A stretch of 32,644 nt of DNA. It comes from Nemertoderma westbladi (taxonomy: Eukaryota > Animalia > Xenacoelomorpha). This document shows, piece by piece, positions 19,082-31,000 of this stretch; positions within the stretch are counted from its first letter, which is position 1; each line of letters opens with the position of its first letter. The notes below the pieces were generated by a model, which was not told where the DNA came from, made no database searches, and saw only the letters and a program-made list of their open reading frames with translations. The position numbers and the translations under genes are program-made. Location of the stretch: NCBI GenBank assembly GCA_032718475.1, contig JAUCBJ010006264.1, positions 1 through 32,644 of the forward strand, given 5' to 3'.

Positions 19082-22000
19082 ATGACTTCTGTACATCCGT
19101 TTGTCGAATCTGGGACTTCCCTTAGCGACTCTTCCATGCCGAAACTGCCATTACCTAAACCACCAACACCATGGTGGTCAATAGTTGGAATGGTGATAGC
19201 CGCGTCAGTGGGTGCAGCATCTGTGGCTGGGATTGTAGTCATGACGGTTGGTTATAAGGGTGAAGTGGACACAGACATTAAAAAGATTAAAGATCAGTTG
19301 AGCGAATATGGGAATAAATTTGCGCCTGTGGAACAGTTAACTGACACTGCAGAAGGATTCGATTTGCAGTTGAAAAATAATGGTGAAACAATTCTTATTC
19401 AACTAAAAGATCAGGAGGAAACGCTTTCCAGTAAACTTACCTCATTTGCTGGACAGATTGCAAAGATTGAGGACGGGTTTGCTACCCAGTTCAAAGACCA
19501 GAGTACCGATTTTGGAAATAAACTCAGAAACGAAACAGATGGTTACACATCACAATTGCAGACTCAAGAAGATTCACTTGTAAAGCTGGTGCAAACTCAG
19601 GGAGATTCTTTCAATGGCCAGTTGAAAGAACAAGCTCATTCCCTAATAACTCTAATTGAAAATCAAGGAGACTCATTAGATGCCCTCATTAAAGATCAGG
19701 GTGATTCACTTACTTATCAGATTCGAACTCAAGAATTATTGTATGCTAAATTTAAAAACCAAAGTGATTTATATGAAAATCAGTTTGAAATCCAGAGCGA
19801 TACATTTAACACCCAGTTGAAAGATCTAGGTGATTCCTTACTAGACAAAATGCAAGATCAAGGCAACTTTGATTCAGAGTTGAAAGATCTTGTTGATTCG
19901 CTTACGACACAGATTCAAGCTCAAGGTACTTCATTTGATGCCCAGTTGAAAGATCAAGGTACATCATTTGATACCGAATTGAAAGATCAAGGCGACTCAT
20001 TTGATATCCAGTTGAAAGATCTTGGTGATTCACTTACAAATTCGTTTGATACCCAGTTAAAAGACCAAAGTGATACACTTACAACACAGATTCAAGCTCA
20101 AGGTACTTCATTTGATACCCAGTTGAAAGATCTTGGTGATTCACTTACTACCTCATTTGATACCCAGTTGAAAGATCAAGGGGATTCGCTTACGACTCAG
20201 ATTCAAGCTCAAGGTACTTCATTTGATACCCAGTTGAAAGATCAAGGCGATTCCCTAACAGCTCAGATTCAAGCTCAAGGGGATTCACTTATGACTCAGA
20301 TTTTAGCTCAAGGTACATCATTCGATACCCAACTAAAAGATCTTGGCGATTCACTTACTACCTCATTTGATACCCAGTTGAAAGATCAAGGGGATTCGCT
20401 TACGAATCAGATTCAAGCTCAAGGTACTTCATTTGATGCCCAGTTGAAAGATCAAGGTACATCATTTGATACCCAATTGAAAGATCAAGGCGACTCTTTT
20501 GATACCCAGTTGATAGATCTTGGTGATTCACTTACTACTTCATTTGATACCCAGTTGAAAGATCAAGGGGATTCGCTTACGAATCAGATTCAAGCTCAAG
20601 GTACTTCATTTGATGCCCAGTTGAAAGATCAAGGTACATCATTTGATACCCGATTGAAAGACCAAGGCGACTCATTTGATATCCAGTTGAAAGATCTTGG
20701 TGATTCACTTACAAGTTCGTTTGATACCCAGTTAAAAGACCAAAGTGATACACTTACAACACAGATTCAAGCTCAAGGTACTTCATTTGACACCCAGTTG
20801 AAAGATCTTGGTGATTCACTTACTACCTCATTTGATACCCAGTTGAAAGATCAAGGGGATTCGCTTACGACTCAGATTCAAGCTCAAGGTACTTCATTTG
20901 ATGCCCAGTTGAAAGATCAAGGTACATCATTTGATACCCAATTGAAAGATCAAGGCGACTCATTTGATATCCAGTTGAAAGATCTTGGTGATTCACTTAC
21001 AAATTCGTTTGATACCCAGTTAAAAGACCAAAGTGATACACTTACAACACAGATTCAAGCTCAAGGTACTTCATTTGATACCCAGTTGAAAGATCAAGGC
21101 GATTTCCTAACAGCTCAGATTCAAGCTCAAGGTACTTCATTTGATACCCAGTTGAAAGATCTTGGTGATTCACTTACTACCTCATTTGATACCCAGTTGA
21201 AAGATCAAGGGGATTCGCTTACGACTCAGATTCAAGCTCAAGGTACTTCATTTGATGCCCAGTTGAAAGATCAAGGTACATCATTTGATACCCAATTGAA
21301 AGACCAAGGAGACTCATTTGATATCCAGTTGAAAGATCTTGGTGATTCACTTACAAATTCGTTTGATACCCAGTTAAAAGACCAAAGTGATACACTTACA
21401 ACACAGATTCAAGCTCAAGGTACTTCATTTGATACCCAGTTGAAAGATCAAGGCGATTCCCTAACAGCTCAGATTCAAGCTCAAGGTACTTCATTTGATA
21501 CCCAGTTGAAAGATCTTGGTGATTCACTTACAAATTTGTTTGATACCCAGTTAAAAGACCAAAGTGATACACTTACAACACAGATTCAAGCTCAAGGTAC
21601 TTCATTTGATACCCAGTTGAAAGATCAAGGCGATTCCCTAACAGCTCAGATTCAAGCTCAAGGGGATTCACTTATGACTCAGATTTTAGCTCAAGGTACA
21701 TCGTTCGATACCCAACTAAAAGATCTTGGCGATTCACTTACTACCTCATTTGATACCCAGTTGAAAGATCAAGGGGATTCGCTTACGACTCAGATTCAAG
21801 TTCAAGGTACTTCATTTGATGCCCAGTTGAAAGATCAAGGTACATCATTTGATACCCAATTGAAAGATCAAGGCGACTCATTTGATACCCAGTTGATAGA
21901 TCTTGGTGATTCACTTACTACCTCATTTGATACCCAGTTGAAAGATCAAGGGGATTCGCTTACGACTCAGATTCAAGCTCAAGGTACTTCATTTGATACC

Positions 22001-25000
22001 CAGTTGAAAGATCAAGGCGATTCCCTAACAGCTCAGATTCAAGCTCAAGGGGATTCACTTATGACTCAGATTTTAGCTCAAGGTACATCATTCGATACCC
22101 AACTAAAAGATCTTGGCGATTCACTTACTACCTCATTTGATACCCAGTTGAAAGATCAAGGGGATTCGCTTACGACTCAGATTCAAGTTCAAGGTACTTT
22201 ATTTGATGCCCAGTTGAAAGATCAAGGTACATCATTTGATACCCAATTGAAAGATCAAGGCGACTCATTTGATATCCAGTTGAAAGATCTTGGTGATTCA
22301 CTTACAAATTCGTTTGATACCCAGTTAAAAGACCAAAGTGATACACTTACAACACAGATTCAAGCTCAAGGTACTTCATTTGATACCCAGTTGAAAGATC
22401 TTGGTGATTCACTTACTACCTCATTTGATACCCAGTTGAAAGATCAAGGGGATTCGCTTACGACTCAGATTCAAGCTCAAGGTACTTCATTTGATACCCA
22501 GTTGAAAGATCAAGGCGATTCCCTAACAGCTCAGATTCAAGCTCAAGGGGATTCACTTATGACTCAGATTTTAGCTCAAGGTACATCATTCGATACTCAA
22601 CTAAAAGATCTTGGCGATTCACTTACTACCTCATTTGATACCCAGTTGAAAGATCAAGGGGATTCGCTTACGACTCAGATTCAAGTTCAAGGTACTTCAT
22701 TTGATGCCCAGTTGAAAGATCAAGGTACATCATTTGATACCCAATTGAAAGATCAAGGCGACTCATTTGATATCCAGTTGAAAGATCTTGGTGATTCACT
22801 TACAAATTCGTTTGATACCCAGTTAAAAGACCAAAGTGATACACTTACAACACAGATTCAAGCTCAAGGTACTTCATTTGATACCCAGTTGAAAGATCTT
22901 GGTGATTCACTTACTACCTCATTTGATACCCAGTTGAAAGATCAAGGGGATTTGCTTACGACTCAGATTCAAGCTCAAGGTACTTCATTTGATGCCCAGT
23001 TGAAAGATCAAGGTACATCATTTGATACCCAATTGAAAGATCAAGGCGACTCATTTGATATCCAGTTGAAAGATCTTGGTGATTCACTTAGAAATTCGTT
23101 TGATACCCAGTTAAAAGACCAAAGTGATACACTTACAACACAGATTCAAGCTCAAGGTACTTCATTTGATACCCAGTTGAAAGATCTTGGTGATTCACTT
23201 ACTACCTCATTTGATACCCAGTTGAAAGATCAAGGGGATTCGCTTACGACTCAGATTCAAGCTCAAGGTACTTCATTTGATGCCCAGTTGAAAGATCAAG
23301 GTACATCATTTGATACCCAATTGAAAGATCAAGGCGACTCATTTCATATCCAGTTAAAAGATCTTGGTGATTCACTTACAAATTCGTTTGATACCCAGTT
23401 AAAAGACCAAAGTGATACACTTACAACACAGATTCAAGCTCAAGGTACTTCATTTGATACCCAGTTGAAAGATCAAGGCGATTCCCTAACAGCTCAGATT
23501 CAAGCTCAAGGTACTTCATTTGATACCCAGTTGAAAGATCTTGGCGATTCACTTACTACCTCATTTGATACCCAGTTGAAAGATCAAGGGGATTCGCTTA
23601 CGACTCAGATTCAAGTTCAAGGTACTTCATTTGATGCCCAGTTGAAAGATCAAGGCGATTCCCTAACAGCTCAGATTCAAGCTCAAGGTACTTCATTTGA
23701 TACCCAGTTGAAAGATCTTGGTGATTCACTTACAAATTCGTTTGATACCCAGTTAAAAGACCAAAGTGATACACTTACAACACAGATTCAAGCTCAAGGT
23801 ACTTCATTTGATACCCAGTTGAAAGATCTTGGTGATTCACTTACTACCTCATTTGATACCCAGTTGAAAGATCAAGGGGATTCGCTTACGACTCAGATTC
23901 AAGCTCAAGGTACTTCATTTGATGCCCAGTTGAAAGATCAAGGTACATCATTTGATACCCAATTGAAAGATCAAGGCAACTTATTTGATATCCAGTTGAA
24001 AGATCTTGGTGATTCACTTACAAATTCGTTTGATACCCAGTTAAAAGACCAAAGTGATACACTTACAACACAGATTCAAGCTCAAGGTACTTCCTTTGAT
24101 ACCCAGTTGAAAGATCAAGGCGATTCCCTAACAGCTCAGATTCAAGCTCAAGGTACTTCATTTGATACCCAGTTGAAAGATCTTGGTGATTCACTTACTA
24201 CCTCATTTGATACCCAGTTGAAAGATCAAGGGGATTCGCTTACGACTCAGATTCAAGCTCAAGGTACTTCATTTGATGCCCAGTTGAAAGATCAAGGTAC
24301 ATCATTTGATACCCAATTGAAAGATCAAGGCGACTCATTTGATACCCAGTTGATAGATCTTGGTGATTCACTTACTACCTCATTTGATACCCAGTTGAAA
24401 GATCAAGGGGATTCGCTTACGACTCAGATTCAAGCTCAAGGTACTTCATTTGATACCCAGTTGAAAGATCAAGGCGATTCCCTAACAGCTCAGATTCAAG
24501 CTCAAGGGGATTCACTTATGACTCAGATTTTAGCTCAAGGTACATCATTCGATACCCAACTAAAAGATCTTGGCGATTCACTTACTACCTCATTTGATAC
24601 CCAGTTGAAAGATCAAGGGGATTCGTTTACGACTCAGATTCAAGTTCAAGGTACTTCATTTGATGCCCAGTTGAAAGATCAAGGTACATCATTTGATACC
24701 CAATTGAAAGATCAAGGCGATTCATTTGATATCCAGTTGAAAGATCTTGGTGATTCACTTTCAAATTCGTTTGATACCCAGTTAAAAGACCAAAGTGATA
24801 CACTTACAACACAGATTCAAGCTCAAGGTACTTCATTTGATACCCAGTTGAAAGATCTTGGTGATTCACTTACTACCTCATTTGATACCCAGTTGAAAGA
24901 TCAAGGGGATTTGCTTACGACTCAGATTCAAGCTCAAGGTACTTCATTTGATGCCCAGTTGAAAGATCAAGGTACATCATTTGATACCCAATTGAAAGAT

Positions 25001-28000
25001 CAAGGCGACTCATTTGATATCCAGTTGAAAGATCTTGGTGATTCACTTACAAATTCGTTTGATACCCAGTTAAAAGACCAAAGTGATACACTTACAACAC
25101 AGATTCAAGCTCAAGGTACTTCATTTGATACCCAGTTGAAAGATCTTGGTGATTCACTTACTACCTCATTTGATACCCAGTTGAAAGATCAAGGGGATTC
25201 GCTTACGACTCAGATTCAAGCTCAAGGTACTTCATTTGATGCCCAGTTGAAAGATCAAGGTACATCATTTGATACCCAATTGAAAGATCAAGGCGACTCA
25301 TTTGATATCCAGTTAAAAGATCTTGGTGATTCACTTACAAATTCGTTTGATACCCAGTTAAAAGACCAAAGTGATACACTTACAACACAGATTCAAGCTC
25401 AAGGTACTTCATTTGATACCCAGTTGAAAGATCAAGGCGATTCCCTAACAGCTCAGATTCAAGCTCAAGGTACTTCATTTGATACCCAGTTGAAAGATCT
25501 TGGTGATTCACTTACTACCTCATTTGATACCCAGTTGAAAGATCAAGGGGATTCGCTTACGACTCAGATTCAAGCTCAAGGTACTTCATTTGATGCCCAG
25601 TTGAAAGATCAAGGTACATCATTTGATACCCAATTGAAAGACCAAGGAGACTCATTTGATATCCAGTTGAAAGATCTCGGTGATTCACTTACAAATTCGT
25701 TTGATACCCAGTTAAAAGACCAAAGTGATACACTTACAACACAGATTCAAGCTCAAGGTACTTCATTTGATACCCAGTTGAAAGATCAAGGCGATTCCCT
25801 AACAGCTCAGATTCAAGCTCAAGGTACTTCATTTGATACCCAGTTGAAAGATCTTGGTGATTCACGTACAAATTTGTTTGATACCCAGTTAAAAGACCAA
25901 AGTGATACACTTACAACACAGATTCAAGCTCAAGGTACTTCATTTGATACCCAGTTGAAAGATCAAGGCGATTCCCTAACAGCTCAGATTCAAGCTCAAG
26001 GGGATTCACTTATGACTCAGATTTTAGCTCAAGGTACATCGTTCGATACCCAACTAAAAGATCTTGGCGATTCACTTACTACCTCATTTGATACCCAGTT
26101 GAAAGATCAAGGGGATTCGCTTACGACTCAGATTCAAGTTCAAGGTACTTTATTTGATGCCCAGTTGAAAGATCAAGGTACATCATTTGATACCCAATTG
26201 AAAGATCAAGGCGACTCATTTGATACCCAGTTGATAGATCTTGGTGATTCACTTACAAATTCGTTTGATACCCAGTTAAAAGACCAAAGTGATACACTTA
26301 CAACACAGATTCAAGCTCAAGGTACTTCATTTGATACCCAGTTGAAAGATCTTGGTGATTCACTTACTACCTCATTTGATACCCAGTTGAAAGATCAAGG
26401 GGATTTGCTTACGACTCAGATTCAAGCTCAAGGTACTTCATTTGATGCCCAGTTGAAAGATCAAGGTACATCATTTGATACCCAATTGAAAGATCAAGGC
26501 GACTCATTTGATATCCAGTTGAAAGATCTTGGTGATTCACTTACAAATTCGTTTGATACCCAGTTAAAAGACCAAAGTGATACACTTACAACACAGATTC
26601 AAGCTCAAGGTACTTCATTTGATACCCAGTTGAAAGATCTTGGTGATTCACTTACTACCTCATTTGATACCCAGTTGAAAGATCAAGGGGATTCGCTTAC
26701 GACTCAGATTCAAGCTCAAGGTACTTCATTTGATGCCCAGTTGAAAGATCAAGGTACATCATTTGATACCCAATTGAAAGATCAAGGCGACTCCTTTGAT
26801 ATCCAGTTGAAAGATCTTGGTGAATCACTTACAAATTCGTTTGATACCCAGTTAAAAGACCAAAGTGATACACTTACAACACAGATTCAAGCTCAAGGTA
26901 CTTCATTTGATACCCAGTTGAAAGATCAAGGCGATTCCCTAACAGCTCAGATTCAAGCTCAAGGTACTTCATTTGATACCCAGTTGAAAGATCTTGGTGA
27001 TTCACTTACTACCTCATTTGATACCCAGTTGAAAGATCAAGGGGATTCGCTTACGACTCAGATTCAAGCTCAAGGTACTTCATTTGATGCCCAGTTGAAA
27101 GATCAAGGTACATCATTTGATACCCAATTGAAAGACCAAGGAGACTCATTTGATATCCAGTTGAAAGATCTTGGTGATTCACTTACAAATTCGTTTGATA
27201 CCCAGTTAAAAGACCAAAGTGATACACTTACAACACAGATTCAAGCTCAAGGTACTTCATTTGATACCCAGTTGAAAGATCAAGGCGATTCCCTAACAGC
27301 TCAGATTCAAGCTCAAGGTACTTCATTTGATACCCAGTTGAAAGATCTTGGTGATTCACTTACAAATTTGTTTGATACCCAGTTAAAAGACCAAAGTGAT
27401 ACACTTACAACACAGATTCAAGCTCAAGGTACTTCATTTGATACCCAGTTGAAAGATCAAGGCGATTCCCTAACAGCTCAGATTCAAGCTCAAGGGGATT
27501 CACTTATGACTCAGATTTTAGCTCAAGGTACATCGTTCGATACCCAACTAAAAGATCTTGGCGATTCACTTACTACCTCATTTGATACCCAGTTGAAAGA
27601 TCAAGGCGATTCCCTAACAGCTCAGATTCAAGCTCAAGGGGATTCACTTAACACTCAGATTTTAGCTCAAGGTACATCGTTCGACACCCAACTAAAAGAT
27701 CTTGGCGATTCACTTACTACCTCATTTGATACCCAGTTGAAAGATCAAGGGGATTCGCTTACGACTCAGATTCAAGTTCAAGGTACTTTATTTGATGCCC
27801 AGTTGAAAGATCAAGGTACATCATTTGATACCCAATTGAAAGATCAAGGCGACTCATTTGATACCCAGTTGATAGATCTTGGTGATTCACTTACAAATTC
27901 GTTTGATACCCAGTTAAAAGACCAAAGTGATACACTTACAACACAGATTCAAGCTCAAGGTACTTCATTTGATACCCAGTTGAAAGATCTTGATGATTCA

Positions 28001-31000
28001 CTTACTACCTCATTTGATACCCAGTTGAAAGATCAAGGGGATTCGCTTACGACTCAGATTCAAGCTCAAGGTACTTCATTTGATGCCCAGTTGAAAGATC
28101 AAGGTACATCATTTGATACCCAATTGAAAGATCAAGGCGACTCATTTGATATCCAGTTGAAAGATCTTGGTGAATCACTTACAAATTCGTTTGATACCCA
28201 GTTAAAAGACCAAAGTGATACACTTACAACACAGATTCAAGCTCAAGGTACTTCATTTGATACCCAGTTGAAAGATCAAGGCGATTCCCTAACAGCTCAG
28301 ATTCAAGCTCAAGGTACTTCATTTGATACCCAGTTGAAAGATCTTGGTGATTCACTTACAAATTTGTTTGATACCCAGTTAAAAGACCAAAGTGATACAC
28401 TTACAACACAGATTCAAGCTCAAGGTACTTCATTTGTTACCCAGTTGAAAGATCAAGGCGATTCCCTAACAGCTCAGATTCAAGCTCAAGGGGATTCACT
28501 TATGACTCAGATTTTAGCTCAAGGTACATCATTCGATACCCAACTAAAAGATCTTGGCGATTCACTTACTACCTCATTTGATACCCAGTTGAAAGATCAA
28601 GGGGATTTGCTTACGACTCAGATTCAAGCTCAAGGTACTTCATTTGATGCCCAGTTGAAAGATCAAGGTACATCATTCGATACCCAATTGAAAGATCAAG
28701 GCGACTCATTTGATATCCAGTTGAAAGATCTTGGTGATTCACTTACAAATTCGTTTGATACCCAGTTAAATGACCAAAGTGATACACTTACAACACAGAT
28801 TCAAGCTCAAGGTACTTCATTTAATACCCAGTTGAACGATCAAGGTGATTCCCTAACAGCTCAGATTCAAGCTCAAGGGGATTCACTTATGACTCAGATT
28901 TTAGCTCAAGGTACATCATTCGATACCCAACTAAAAGATCTTGGCGATTCACTTACTACTTCATTTGATACCCAGTTGAAAGATCAAGGGGATTCGCTTA
29001 CGACTCAGATTCAAGCTCAAGGTACTTCATTTGATGCCCAGTTGAAAGATCAAGGTACATCTTTTAATACCCAATTGAAAGATCAAGGCGACTCATTTGA
29101 TACCCAGTTGATAGATCTTGGTGATTCACTTACAAATTCGTTTGATACCCAGTTAAAAGACCAAAGTGATACACTTACAACACAGATTCAAGCTCAAGGT
29201 ACTTCATTTGATACCCAGTTGAAAGATCTTGGGGATTCACTTACTACCTCATTTGATACCCAGTTGAAAGATCAAGGGGATTCGCTTACGACTCAGATTC
29301 AAACTCAAGGTACTTCATTTGATGCCCAGTTGAAAGATCAAGGTACATCATTTGATACCCAATTGAAAGAACAAGGCGACTCATTTGATACCCAGTTGAA
29401 AGATCTTGGTGATTCACTTACAAGTTTGTTTGATACCCAGTTAAAAGACCAAAGTGATACACTTACAACACAGATTCAAGCTCAAGGTACATCATTTGAT
29501 ACCCAGTTGAAAGATCAAGGCGATTCCCTAACAGCTCAGATTCAAGCTCAAGGGGATTCACTTATGACTCAGATTTTAGCTCAAGGTACATCATTCGATA
29601 CCCAACTAAAAGATCTTGGCGATTCACTTACTACCTCATTTGATACCCAGTTGAAAGATCAAGGGGATTCGCTTACGACTCAGATTCAAGCTCAAGGTAC
29701 TTCATTTGATGCCCAGTTGAAAGATCAAGGTACATCATTTGATACCCAATTGAAAGATCAAGGCGACTCATTTGATACCCAGTTGAAAGATCTTGGTGAT
29801 TCACTTACAAGTTTGTTTGATACCCAGTTAAAAGACCAAAGTGATACACTTACAACACAGATTCAAGCTCAAGGTACTTCATTTGATACCCAGTTAAAAG
29901 ACCAAAGTGATACACTTACAACACAGATTCAAGCTCAAGGTACTTCATTTGATACCCAGTTGAAAGATCAAGGCGTCTCATTTGATACCCAGTTGAAAGA
30001 TCTTGGTGATTCACTGACAAATTTGTTTGATACCCAGTTAAATGACCAAAGTGATACACTTACAACCCAGATTCAAGCTCAAGGTACTTCATTTGATACC
30101 CAGTTGAAAGATCAAGGCGATTCCCTAACAGCTCAGATTCAAGCTCAAGGGGATTCCCTTATGACTCAGATTTTAGCTCAAGGTACATCATTCGATACCC
30201 AGCTAATAGATCTTGGCGATTCACTTACTACCTCATTTGATACCCAGTTGAAAGATCAAGGGGATTCGCTTACGACTCAGATTCAAGTTCAAGGTACTTC
30301 ATTTGATGCCCAGTTGAAAGATCAAGGTATATCATTTGATACCCAATTGAAAGATCAAGGCGACTCATTTGATACCCAGTTGAAAGATCTTGGTGATTCA
30401 CTTACAAATTCGTTTGATACCCAGTTAAAAGATCAAAGTGATACACTTACAACACAGATTCAAGCTCAAGGTACTTCATTTGATACCCAATTGAAGGACC
30501 AAGGTGATTCACTTACGACACAGATTGACGCTGTCGCTAAAGATTTGATCATTCTTGACAGCGAATTACGCGATTACATAAATGAAATGCTTCAATTGTA
30601 TTTACAAATAAACCAGACTTGTGGTGTTCTTACTGTGGATAATAGTATTGCTATTTATCCTAATCAGATGTATGGTTTGCCTTCCACGGGTTTTATTCGT
30701 TGTGACACTACGGCTCCCGGTGGGCCATGGTTGGTAATACAACGACGGGTTGATGGTAGTGAAGATTTCTACCTCGGTTGGGAAAGCTATCGATCGGGAT
30801 TCGGAAATATTGAGGCGAACTTTTGGATTGGACTGGATAAGATTCATCAACTGAGTCTTGGTGGTGTCATATTGCGGGTTGATCTGTGGTGGAATGGAGA
30901 GCACAAGTTCGCCAGATATTCATCATTTAGCATTAGCGACGCTTCCACTAACTTTATCCTCTATATATCTGGTTATTCAGGGGACGCCGGTGACTCGATT

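Noticed and set aside
19860-30526. Type I antifreeze-like 11-residue Thr periodicity or mucin-like stalk
   Set aside because: The repeat is not Ala-rich and has no Pro; the regular F/L/I core pattern fits an amphipathic helix better.
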